The notes under the pieces: model-generated
Databases searched by the model: none
Told to the model about the DNA's origin: nothing
What the model saw: only the letters and a program-made list of their open reading frames with translations
NCBI GenBank assembly: GCA_964451445.1
Contig: CAYVIG010000001.1
Span: 1 to 47,062, forward strand
From: an uncultured Dehalococcoidia bacterium
GTDB taxonomy: Bacteria > Chloroflexota > Dehalococcoidia > Lucifugimonadales > UBA3495
Reading direction: 5' to 3'
Length of the DNA stretch: 47,062 nt
Program-made: the position numbers and the translations under genes
Part shown: positions 23,609 to 33,800 of the stretch, piece after piece
How the letters are laid out: each line of letters starts with the position of its first letter
Position numbering within the stretch: position 1 is the first letter of the stretch

Positions 23609-24017
23609 ATGTCCGTCATGTGGATATGAATACACTCCAGGTGATAAGAAACCAGAGATAAGAAGAAAACTATTTTCTAAAGGTAAAAAAGCTAGAAAAA
23701 TGTTAACAAAGGCAGGTGAGAGTATTATGAAATATGTCCCATCTGATAATAAAGACTATAAGTTTTATGCTTTCCTACATTATATATCTACTATCAATGA
23801 TGAAATTATAATCCATACTACAAAGATATATTTAAACCATGAAGAGTATAAAAAAGGTAAAGGCTTTGCATACTTAAGAGCTATGATTCAGAACGCAGAT
23901 AAAGATTATAAGGTAAAAATGCGTGCAGAGTTAAAATTATTAGGTAAAACACCTAAAAATATTAAGAATAAAAGGAAGGAGTTAGGTTATGCTAACAGAG
24001 ACAATGTTTCCAGTTAA
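23601..24017 (+). CDS. Hypothetical protein with N-terminal CxxC motif (138 aa)
   Basis: ORF track frame 23571..24017. I prefer the ATG at 23601 (MSKCPSCGYEY..), which overlaps the upstream stop by 8 nt. Confidence 0.6.
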   Translation: MSKCPSCGYEYTPGDKKPEIRRKLFSKGKKARKMLTKAGESIMKYVPSDNKDYKFYAFLHYISTINDEIIIHTTKIYLNHEEYKKGKGFAYLRAMIQNADKDYKVKMRAELKLLGKTPKNIKNKRKELGYANRDNVSS

Positions 24018-24780
24018 GGAAGTACCAGCTATTGTAACAGGAAATGAATGGTCAGATACGTTTGGTGATAAAGCAACAAACACTGGTCATAAGTTTATAG
24101 TAAGAGAAGATACTGGTGATATTCTAAGTTGTATGACAGATGAATATAAGCTAGTTACAAATAATCAGATAATGAATGTAGCTGAACCAATATTAAAAAG
24201 TGTTAAGGGCAGATTAAGAGAAGCTAAAGTATTACAAGATGGTAAGAAGACAATATGGAAATACGTTATTGGTAATGTTAAAGTTCCTATATCTGACGGT
24301 GATGAAGTTTCACCTGAGATAGTTATTAAAAATTCATACGATGGTAGTTGGGAATTAGGAATAATGGCAGGTGCTTTTAGATTAGTATGTGAAAATGGTA
24401 TGGTAGTAGGAATCGTTCTCGATAAGAAATCTAATAGACATAGTATATATAATCCTAATCTTGGCAATCTTGAAGAAATGATTGTTAATACGATTGAGAA
24501 TACTTCTGAAGTCTTTAAACAGGACTTTACAATGTTGAAAGATACTAAGGTTGATTATGCTCATGTTAAAAAGCTAATAGATTTAGTTCCAACTAATGTT
24601 ATGGATGGCTTTGTACAATATTTGTGTGCTCATAAGCCTCATACGTATTGGGATTTATTCAATGCAGCTACATATGTTAATACACATCATATGAACAGAA
24701 ACAACACAACTACACACAAGTTTGAACAGCAGATTTATCCAACGATTAGCAATTGGGCTAAGTCTGTTGCAAATGCTTAA
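23989..24780 (+). CDS. DUF932-like protein (263 aa)
   Basis: ..IKNSYDGSWELGIMAGAFRLVCENGMVVG.. matches the N-S-x-D-G-S ... R-x-VC-x-NG core of the DUF932 (phage/plasmid-like) family. GGAAGGAG SD. Confidence 0.55.
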   Translation: MLTETMFPVKEVPAIVTGNEWSDTFGDKATNTGHKFIVREDTGDILSCMTDEYKLVTNNQIMNVAEPILKSVKGRLREAKVLQDGKKTIWKYVIGNVKVPISDGDEVSPEIVIKNSYDGSWELGIMAGAFRLVCENGMVVGIVLDKKSNRHSIYNPNLGNLEEMIVNTIENTSEVFKQDFTMLKDTKVDYAHVKKLIDLVPTNVMDGFVQYLCAHKPHTYWDLFNAATYVNTHHMNRNNTTTHKFEQQIYPTISNWAKSVANA

Positions 24781-25634
24781 TGTCTGATAGTAGATGGAAG
24801 GATTGTCCCGTCGTAATTCCGTATTATGGCGGGAAATTCGAGTTAAGTAGACAACTTGTACCAAGACTTCCTAAACACTCAAGATATGTAGAGATGTTTG
24901 CAGGTGGTTTATCTATGTTCTTTCGCAAAGCTAGAGCCGATTGGACTGTCGTTAATGACAAAGATAATAATCTTGTAAATCTGTATATGTCTATCGCTGA
25001 GAAGTTTGATGAATTTTGTGAATGTATTCGTTGGTATGTTAAAAGCAGAACACAACATCAGTTGCTTAAGAAATATATCATAGACATATCAAGTGAAGTT
25101 GATATAAGTAATATACCTGATGTAAAAAGAGCTGCTAGATATTACTATCTGGTTAAGTGCTCATTTAATAATAATCCTCAAGGTACATTTAGCAAGAACT
25201 CTGGAGATTGGAATCCGTCTACATTTATTGAAGACCTAAAATTGTCTAGAAGACATTTGGATGGTATAGTAATTGAGAACTTGGATTTTAGAACTCTTGT
25301 AGAAAAGTATATCCCTTCAAGTGATGATTTATGGTATATAGACCCACCATATTTTGTCGCAGCTAAGCGTAAGGATTACTACATACACACCTTGCAACAT
25401 GATGACCATTTGGATTTATTAAATATATGTGATAGAATCAATGATGCTGGAGGTAAGTTTATGGTAAGTTATGATGATAATGATAATGTACATGAACTAT
25501 ACAAGCAATACAATATAGAAGCTATCCCAGTCATCTACGCAGGACAAACCACCAAGCGAGAATATAAGAATGAATTAGTAATAACTAATTATTCTCAGCC
25601 AACAATCCAAGAAAACCTATTTGATGGAGACTAA
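24780..25634 (+). CDS. dam: N6-adenine DNA methyltransferase, Dam (D12) class (284 aa)
   Basis: N-terminal YYGGK ... YVEMFAGGLSMFF is the AdoMet motif. The catalytic DPPY occurs in WYIDPPYF. TAATG coupling to the upstream gene. Confidence 0.88.
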   Translation: MSDSRWKDCPVVIPYYGGKFELSRQLVPRLPKHSRYVEMFAGGLSMFFRKARADWTVVNDKDNNLVNLYMSIAEKFDEFCECIRWYVKSRTQHQLLKKYIIDISSEVDISNIPDVKRAARYYYLVKCSFNNNPQGTFSKNSGDWNPSTFIEDLKLSRRHLDGIVIENLDFRTLVEKYIPSSDDLWYIDPPYFVAAKRKDYYIHTLQHDDHLDLLNICDRINDAGGKFMVSYDDNDNVHELYKQYNIEAIPVIYAGQTTKREYKNELVITNYSQPTIQENLFDGD

Positions 25635-25635
25635 T

Positions 25636-26946
25636 ATGAAAAAAATAGAAGATATTAAGATGCCGCCATCAGATATAGATGCAGAAGAAGGTCTGCTTGC
25701 TGAAGTAATAGAAGCAGGGTTCGAAGGTTATGATGAAGCAGAAAAGACGATTCAAGATGATGATGCTTTCTATGACCCAAAATGTAAACATCTATGGAAG
25801 GCTCTTAGAAGACTAAGAAGAAACGAAGAAGAGTATCATATAGTTACAATAAAAGATGAAGCAAAGAAAAAGAATAATACTATAACGGCATATTGGCTTA
25901 CAGGTTTAATAGGTAATAGCGTAGGTGCTTCCTTTATTCCTGGTCATGCAAAGATAGTTTGGGAAAAACATATACAACGGCAAGTTAATAGAACTGCTAA
26001 TAAGTTATTGAACTCAAGCTATTTGCCTATTGAGAAAACTAAACAGATATTAGAAGAACATGGCAGATATGTTGATACATTGAGAGCATTACTGCCTACT
26101 AGAAATGTAGACATAGGTTCGATTGCTAAAGAGACAGTAGATAAGATTATTAAGGGAAACTCATTAATATCTTATAATTTTAAAGCATTAGATGAATTTG
26201 CTGGTGGAATGACACGTGGCGAGATAACAGTCGTTGGTGGCAGACCAGGACATGGCAAAACAACTCTAATTGTTAATCTAATACAAAAGCTAATTGAAGA
26301 TGGTAGAAAAGTATTGCTCATAAATAGAGAAATGAATAATACTGAAATGATGAGAAAGCTAATTGTATTAGAGTCTGGCAATTTAACATATGATGGCATA
26401 AGAGAAAATGAGATAAGCGAAGACTATAAGAAAGAATTAGCAAATGGGATTATACCTAACATTGAAAAGAAATATAAAAAGCTTAAAATGTTTGATAATC
26501 TTAAAAGCCTAGAAGATGCAGTAGGAGAGATTACTAAGTTTAAACCTGATGTTGTAGTAGATGATTATATTCAATTAATTCAAATGCCTAGTCAATTGGA
26601 ACGTAGATTTCAACTTGAGAACATTATGAATGAATATAAGTGGCTATGTAAGAAGGAAAATTGCAGTGCAATATTAGTATCTCAACTTAATAGAGAAATA
26701 GAAAGAAGATTTGACCCTAAACCTAAACTTTCTGATTTTGCTGAAAGTGGTGTAATAGAACAAACAGCTGAGGCTGCTATATTTGTTTATTATCCATATC
26801 AGTATGATGATGAGAAGTTCAGTCCTTATTCAGTTAATATTATATCTGCTAAAGCAAGGTATGGTTTGACTGGAGAAAGCACTGTTGGATTTAATGGTAA
26901 TAAATGTAAATTCTATAACTCAGAAGCAGATGCGATGAATGTATAA
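25636..26946 (+). CDS. dnaB: DnaB-type replicative helicase (436 aa)
   Basis: N-terminal DAEEGLLAEVI pattern. Walker A is GGRPGHGKTTL and Walker B is DVVVDDYIQLI. SQLNREIE is also present. The ATG at 25636 (after GGAGA) is preferred over the track start at 25621. Confidence 0.85.
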   Translation: MKKIEDIKMPPSDIDAEEGLLAEVIEAGFEGYDEAEKTIQDDDAFYDPKCKHLWKALRRLRRNEEEYHIVTIKDEAKKKNNTITAYWLTGLIGNSVGASFIPGHAKIVWEKHIQRQVNRTANKLLNSSYLPIEKTKQILEEHGRYVDTLRALLPTRNVDIGSIAKETVDKIIKGNSLISYNFKALDEFAGGMTRGEITVVGGRPGHGKTTLIVNLIQKLIEDGRKVLLINREMNNTEMMRKLIVLESGNLTYDGIRENEISEDYKKELANGIIPNIEKKYKKLKMFDNLKSLEDAVGEITKFKPDVVVDDYIQLIQMPSQLERRFQLENIMNEYKWLCKKENCSAILVSQLNREIERRFDPKPKLSDFAESGVIEQTAEAAIFVYYPYQYDDEKFSPYSVNIISAKARYGLTGESTVGFNGNKCKFYNSEADAMNV

Positions 26947-27155
26947 TGAAACCTATCAGTTGTCATCGTTGTTATTTTTATGATGATGGCAGCTGCACTT
27001 GGTTTAATACATATGGAAAAGAAAAGGAGTCGAAGCTCATACCAGAGAACGTACTCAACAAAGGATGCAAATACTATATAACAAGTAAAGTTAAACATTT
27101 AATAGAAGTGTTTGACGGAGAGATAATATATGAAGAAAGCTTATTTAGGTATTGA
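26946..27155 (+). CDS. Hypothetical Cys-rich protein (69 aa)
   Basis: ORF track. TAATG coupling to dnaB. Confidence 0.55.
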   Translation: MKPISCHRCYFYDDGSCTWFNTYGKEKESKLIPENVLNKGCKYYITSKVKHLIEVFDGEIIYEESLFRY

Positions 27156-27597
27156 CCCAGGGATTAGTGGTGCATTATGTATTATGTGGGGAGATGGAAC
27201 TATTGATGCATATAAATGCCCTAATACTGTTCGTAAAATGTCAGACCTAGTTAGAAGCGTGACCAGTCATTGTGCAGTAGAGAATTATAAATTAATAGCA
27301 GGCATAGAAAGAGTTTGGACACTCCCAAGAGATGGGAGAAAAGGTGCGTTTACGTTTGGAATGAATTATGGTATGTGGTTAGGTGTATTAAGTTCTAATG
27401 GTGTTGAACCTAAATTAATATTGCCTAAAGAATGGCAATCAATGTTAAAGAGATATAAGATACCTAAAGACTATCAAGATAAGAAACGTAAACTTAAATC
27501 GATAGCACAAAAGTTTGTTAAGTTTAAAGTAACACTATCAACATCAGATGCTATCTTAATTGCTAAATATTTGAAGGAGTTACCTGATGCTAAATAA
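27130..27597 (+). CDS. RuvC-like Holliday-junction resolvase (155 aa)
   Basis: N-terminal KAYLGIDPGISGAL gives the first catalytic Asp. GIERVW gives the Glu. The C-terminal STSDAILIAKY gives the last Asp. This is the typical phage RuvC-fold layout. Confidence 0.75.
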   Translation: MKKAYLGIDPGISGALCIMWGDGTIDAYKCPNTVRKMSDLVRSVTSHCAVENYKLIAGIERVWTLPRDGRKGAFTFGMNYGMWLGVLSSNGVEPKLILPKEWQSMLKRYKIPKDYQDKKRKLKSIAQKFVKFKVTLSTSDAILIAKYLKELPDAK

Positions 27598-27775
27598 ATA
27601 TGAGACACTAACAAAAGATGAGAAAGATATAATATTTAACAATGCAGAGAAGAACTACAATAAATTATTAGAATCAAATACTTGGGAAGATGTATTAGAC
27701 ATACTTTGGTCTCAAGTAGAGTTTTTGAGGTATTATTCTATGGATGAAGAAACTAGAAGAAACCTGCCTCAATAG
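27587..27775 (+). CDS. Hypothetical protein (62 aa); last gene of the rightward arm
   Basis: ORF track. GGAG SD. Its 3' end overlaps the 3' end of the convergent 1020-aa gene by 23 nt. Confidence 0.6.
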   Translation: MLNKYETLTKDEKDIIFNNAEKNYNKLLESNTWEDVLDILWSQVEFLRYYSMDEETRRNLPQ

Positions 27776-30700
27776 CTTCCCTCAATTTAAGTGGCTCCAT
27801 TACACGTTTGTCAAGTGCCCTGCCGCGCTTACCTTTCCTTCGATTAAGTACTTGTTTTGGAGTCGCTTGACCTCTTAGATAGTCCAAAGAACCATATACT
27901 TTTCTAGCCTCAGCAACAGATAATCTTCTTCCTTCTCTATGACCTATGTCTGGTTGTCTTCTTGCACTCATAGAATGCTGTCTCTTTGACCATCCTCTTG
28001 GATATGAGCCTTCTTTACCTATTGCAGATGCTATATTTCTAGGCAATACTTCTTTTAATGTTGCATCTAGATATGTTCTCATTTCTTTAACATCTGGGTC
28101 AGGATGAAAACCCAATTCACCCTTTAATGCCGTAAACCAATCTCTTTTACCCATCATCGGAATTGTATAATTATGCCACCTTGAACCAACTGAAGATACA
28201 AGTGACATCATCTTATACTTTTGTTCTCTTTTAAATTCATCATTACCTTGAACTACCTGAGCTCTATCAAAAAAACTATTTTCACCTAAGTCCCACATTC
28301 CGACAGCTTCACCTATATTAGCAGCCCATACTAAGTTAGGACCAGCGAATGACCATGCACCTTGCCCGTATGTAGCTTTCTTTACTTCTTCCATTTCTTT
28401 TGGGTTATCCCTATCTGCGCTAAAAAATGTAATAAGTTTTTTCATTTCTTCAATAACATCATTCTGAGCTAGCTGGTTAAAATTAACATCAGATACGATA
28501 CTTAAACCTCTAACAAAATTATAAAGTAAACCCATTCTATATATTTTAAACATCTCATGACTTGTAAAGTCTCCTGCTCTCATGGATACGCCAGCATCTT
28601 TAACCCACTTAGCCATTAAATCAAACATAGACATTCTATAATGCATAAATTGACCAATAGCTTGACCTGCTGGAGCCGCGAACTTACCTTTAGAACCACC
28701 AAAAGGTTTAGCCTTCGCCCATTTTGCGTATTCAAAGTGTAAATCACTAGTTAAATTATACGCCATCTTACCAGCAGTATTTTCTCGCCATTGTTTTATC
28801 ATATCATCTTTGAGGTTCTCCATCTTTATTGGATTCTTTTTTCTAGTAGCATTTATTTGCTCTAAAACATAACCTTTAGGAAGAGTCTCTAAATTGGAAT
28901 GAACAAGACCAAAGGATATTTTAAACGTACTACCTCTGTTCCAATCTTCAGCTAATTTATGGAATCTTCCAGTTGCACCAGCTATTGTACCTGCAACGTC
29001 TGCAGCTTTTTTAGATACTGCCTTAACACCAGGAGCCGCCCTAACCAATTCACCATACGAATCAAGCTGATAGCCTTTTGGAACTGTTGACCCAGCAACA
29101 GCACCTCTTGTAGCCTCTTCTCTTGACATTCCTAATCTTTCAGAATTTCCAAAAATACCCTCAGATTCCATATACCAATTCAATCCATATTTAGCAGCTT
29201 GGCGTTTAACCATAGTTTGATTATCAACATTTTCTCTATACCACTGTTTAGACTGCTTTCTCGCTTTCCAACCATATTCAACATATTCATACATCCTTTG
29301 TGAAGCATTTCTTAAAGCAGACCTAACATTTCCACCCATAAGCCTAAAATAAGTAACTGAAGTAAGAACTCTACTTAAATCATTTATAACTGCATCTGAA
29401 TGTCCATCTACTTGTGTAAGACTATTTTTTACTTCTTGCATTTGACGTATAAGAGCATCTGACATATCCATTATGTCTTGATTGCCTTTGGCACTTGCAC
29501 GAGCGTGCATATCTAATAAACTAACAGTTTGTTGCATAAAATTATTTTCAAGATGAGTGTGAAAATTAAAAGCAGATGCGTCATATATATATTTTTTCAT
29601 AAAATAAGCAGGGTCTATACTATATCTAGGGTCAAAAATTCCTCCTCTACTTTCAACTCTATCTACTGATTTTTGAAATGCTTCAAAATCTTTAGTAAGA
29701 ATACCATCTTTTCCTAAAAGAGGTCTATCTTTTTGCTTTGTATCTCTCATAGCCACCTGAATCTGTCTCAATAATCTAGTAGCTCCTAATACATACAGTG
29801 GCATATATTTTCTCTGGGATATTTGTCCCATCTCGGCTTTTGAAAATCCATATGCTGACATCATTTCAAAGTCTTCCATAGCTTTATAAGTCTTAGGCTT
29901 ACCTTCAATGTCTATATTCCTTTGAAACTCAATATTTCTTATCATCTCTTGAGCTTTTTCCACAACGCTAGTTAAATCTCTATAATTACCCTCTCTGCCA
30001 TCTATTAACTTTGCAGTCTGCATAACTTTTTGTAGACCTCTACCTAATATATTTGCCCCACTTTCCCTAACTTCTTTTATATTTTTATCTATTTCTCTCC
30101 ATCTCTGCATATCTTGCTTTGAATATCCATGCTCTGGCTTTGTTAACTGCTCAACATCTAAACCATTCATTAATTCATGAAAGTGTCTAAAAGTTTTAGC
30201 AGAACCTGACAATCTAAATTCTGATAGTTCTCCTTCGAGCTCATTAATTTTTTTAGCTCTTTCCTTAGTAAAAGGAAGTGAAACTTCTTTATCTAATTCA
30301 TATTCAAGTCGTCTAAGTTTTTTAACATCACCACCATGATTTTTAGCTAGTTTATCCCAATTCTTTATAACTGTAGATATTTTAGCGTTGTTACCTAGTT
30401 GATTGGCTCTAAAAAAAGAAGCTTCATCAGATAATGTATGTTGAAATTTATCTAATTGTGGAAATCTACGTGAAATTGCTTTAGGTATTTTTATAAAGTC
30501 AAACAACCATCTAGTGCCTTTGCCTTGTTTTTCTATATCCCTAGACATACCCTTTCTGCGTATATCAAACTTTCTAGCATCTTTAATCGTGATGTCGTTA
30601 ACTTCAAAATCTAACTCTTTACCAGTGGCTTTTCTAAACAGCCATCTCATAGTCTCAGTGTCATTAGCATATCCTGCTTCTATTAGATTTTTATCTGTTT

Positions 30701-30815
30701 GATAATCTTTAACAACAGTGTCCATTTTCTCTAATAGTTTAGTCCGTTGACTTTCAGTTAAAGCACCCATAGCTTTACCGGTTCTATAATCCTTATGACA
30801 AGTTAACCAACTCAT
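27753..30815 (-). CDS. Large virion/ejection-type protein of unknown function (1020 aa)
   Basis: ORF track. TAATG coupling to the giant ORF. No motif recognised. Confidence 0.9.
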   Translation of the reverse strand: MSWLTCHKDYRTGKAMGALTESQRTKLLEKMDTVVKDYQTDKNLIEAGYANDTETMRWLFRKATGKELDFEVNDITIKDARKFDIRRKGMSRDIEKQGKGTRWLFDFIKIPKAISRRFPQLDKFQHTLSDEASFFRANQLGNNAKISTVIKNWDKLAKNHGGDVKKLRRLEYELDKEVSLPFTKERAKKINELEGELSEFRLSGSAKTFRHFHELMNGLDVEQLTKPEHGYSKQDMQRWREIDKNIKEVRESGANILGRGLQKVMQTAKLIDGREGNYRDLTSVVEKAQEMIRNIEFQRNIDIEGKPKTYKAMEDFEMMSAYGFSKAEMGQISQRKYMPLYVLGATRLLRQIQVAMRDTKQKDRPLLGKDGILTKDFEAFQKSVDRVESRGGIFDPRYSIDPAYFMKKYIYDASAFNFHTHLENNFMQQTVSLLDMHARASAKGNQDIMDMSDALIRQMQEVKNSLTQVDGHSDAVINDLSRVLTSVTYFRLMGGNVRSALRNASQRMYEYVEYGWKARKQSKQWYRENVDNQTMVKRQAAKYGLNWYMESEGIFGNSERLGMSREEATRGAVAGSTVPKGYQLDSYGELVRAAPGVKAVSKKAADVAGTIAGATGRFHKLAEDWNRGSTFKISFGLVHSNLETLPKGYVLEQINATRKKNPIKMENLKDDMIKQWRENTAGKMAYNLTSDLHFEYAKWAKAKPFGGSKGKFAAPAGQAIGQFMHYRMSMFDLMAKWVKDAGVSMRAGDFTSHEMFKIYRMGLLYNFVRGLSIVSDVNFNQLAQNDVIEEMKKLITFFSADRDNPKEMEEVKKATYGQGAWSFAGPNLVWAANIGEAVGMWDLGENSFFDRAQVVQGNDEFKREQKYKMMSLVSSVGSRWHNYTIPMMGKRDWFTALKGELGFHPDPDVKEMRTYLDATLKEVLPRNIASAIGKEGSYPRGWSKRQHSMSARRQPDIGHREGRRLSVAEARKVYGSLDYLRGQATPKQVLNRRKGKRGRALDKRVMEPLKLREAIEAGFF

Positions 30816-33800
30816 TATCTAATACACTCGCTCTTTCTTTTCCAATGGTCAAGAGGTTTTTCCTTAACTATACCATCTCTACCATAGTTTCTATTTAAAT
30901 TTTTAGCATTATCCCAATATCTTGCTATTTTATTTGTTGGTATATTACCAAAGTTCCTGCTTTTACCATCATGAAATTTCTGGGAGTTAAAAAATATTTG
31001 ATTAGCTGGTATATGTTTTTTAAGCTTTAACGCTGCTCTATACATAGATATTGGGTCTATCATTCCTCCTTCACCTTGAGTATACCCTATCAAAACATTA
31101 GCTGCGTCTTTTTCAGACTTATTCATCTCTCTAAATTTTTCATGCACAGTTTGATTTAAATAGTCTGAGTTGAACAAGTAATGATTTTTAACATCAATAT
31201 CTGAGCCCACCATACCGTCCATAGCTAATCTATAATCACCCATAGGCTCTACAAGTTTTCTATATCCCAATTTTTGCTGATACATAATATTCTTTAATAT
31301 ATCTGCCGCATATTTCTGAGTTATCGGACCATCTGTATATCCAGTTTGATTCACTATATCTTTTAAGTATTCTATTGCAAGTTGCTCCATCCTACCAAAG
31401 TCTTTCATGTATACCTTTTCCATGTGTGCCATTTTCTGAACATTCGAACCTGTCACTGGAAATGAAAGGATAATATTTTTAGACGATTCAGGTGTCAACA
31501 TCTTTTGAAATAATGCATGGATTCTTAATAGCTCAGATGAACTCTTATCAGTAGCTCTTTGACCAAATTTATCCATAATAAGATAATGTAGTTGAGCCTT
31601 TCTTTCAGAGCCAACAAGAGAATGTTGTCTTGGATGTAAGTATAACTTAGCTCTACCCGTATGATTAGGTAGCATTCTAGCGTCTATATCTTTTAATCTA
31701 TCCCCTAACTCTCTAACCATAGCATCATATACCTTATATTCCCCCCGAGGCATAACTTCCTTTATAGCACCATCTCTATATATAGTTGGTAAACCAGTAA
31801 ACGCTTCATGATTTATATAAGCACCAGTCTGGTCTTCACTACTATATTCGTATCTTCTTCCGTGCCTATGAAATTTCATATTTTTACCTAAAGCATTAAA
31901 ATTATTTTTACCTGGAGCTATTACTTCAACAATCTTATCTCCTTTTATAACAACAATAGGGTCACGAGTGTTATTTGTGTATTTACCTGCGGGTAGAAAT
32001 GATGCCTCAGTATTGGCAAATGGGTAAGCAGCCTTATCAAAGAACATCTCGCCTTTTGTATTCTGCCAATCTCTACCTGCTCCCATAATATGTTGCAAAT
32101 CAGTTAACGCCTCTGTTAGCTTTATTTTTTCGCTTTCTAATCCTTTAAATTCTGAATAATCTTCTACTAATTCAGGCTTATATCGTAATCTCATATCCTG
32201 TATCTTGTTTTCAACAGCATCCAATCTTCTTCGAATACCTATTACATCAGCTGCTCTCATTTCATTCTTTACATAGTTCTTAAAGGCATTATTTATATTT
32301 TTATTATACTGTTGTTGGTATGCCTGCTCTGACGTTAAACCTGGAACATCATATGCCTCACCTTCCTCAATAAGACGTAAAAGCTTTCCAACATCTGATT
32401 GAAAAGGGTCTATGTCTCTAAATTTTCTAGCATTTAAGTTCTGCATTCTTCTCATACCTAAGTCAAATGGACTTTGAGTTCTAGTGTTAAAATAACCCCT
32501 AGCTGAAGTTAAGCCAGTTTCCATATCTATACCTGAGCCCATGTAAGCTTTATTCTTATCTTTATGGAAAGCATATTGTAATTTATCATAAGCTGTAGCA
32601 AATTCTTGTAAACCAGCGTGTCTAGAGTATCCACCACCATCTATATCTTGCCCTCTATTTAACTGTATGTATGAGCCAAGAGGTCTTATAAAGTTTCTTT
32701 CTACTGCTTCTACTATATTATTAAACTCAGCAGGTCTTAAGTTATTAATCTCATTATCACCAACTTGACTACCACTTATCTTTTCTAATTTAAACAGTCC
32801 GTCTTCACCAAACCATATGTCTCTCATAGAATCTTGAACAAATTCCTTATTATTCCAATTTCTAGGAGTATCCTTATATACGTCTATAAAAGCTTTTACA
32901 TACTTAGTAATTGTATCTGATGTATTCAAATAGTTAGACTGTCCTCTTTTAAGTTTAAGATGGTACTGGTTTTTACCTATACTAATCTCACCAATAGCAC
33001 CTTCTCCAAACATATTATTCATATATGTCATTATTTGATGCATTTTAACAAACCTAGAACGAACTATACCAGTTTCAATTATGTTACCTTTATGCTCAAC
33101 AGCATCTTGGAATGATTCAAATTCTTTTTTAATCTTATTATGTATATCTTTATTAGACGCTAATGTTGTGTGACCTGCTAGTCTAGAAGCTTCACCCCAT
33201 ACTCCCTCTGGAGCCGATAAATAATTTGAAGACTTATCAAAGTCAAAGTCGGCATCAAGTATAGTTAAAGCATCAACAGAATTAGTTTCAGCGACATTAC
33301 CCTCTCCTTTAGACACACCTTGAACTTTCTCAATTACGATGTCACCTGCCATGTTTCTTGGTTGTCTAGATTTTAATCCAGCTAACCACACTTCTTGTCC
33401 ATCTTTGCCATGTAAATTTTCTAATTTATGTATATATTCGGCTACAGTAAGACCTTCAAGCTCTCTTATGCCTAAAGTTTCTTGAACTTTTGCTTCAGCT
33501 AATTCATACTTTCTAGTCATTTCTGATACTAAGCTTTCAGTCGTAACCTTATCTGTCATACTTTCAGCCATATCATAGACAACAACAGGTTCACCTCTTA
33601 ATTTTTTATCCCTACTTACTTGAAATCCATCTATATATAAAACATTACCGTTTTTACCTCTATCAACAAATATACCCTCAGAGCCTGATTCAACTCTAAC
33701 AACTAACGCATGAGTATCATTCGTATTTGAATTGTGAGTATCTCCACTTGCAGCTAATGATTTTTTATCAAATATTTTTAATGGTTTACCTGCACTATAA

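Noticed and set aside
23272-23619. 115-aa ORF on the minus strand inside the rightward arm
   Set aside because: It is antisense to two well-supported + strand genes (23276-23407 and 23411-23608, both with strong SD). It has no SD of its own and its composition is typical of a shadow frame.
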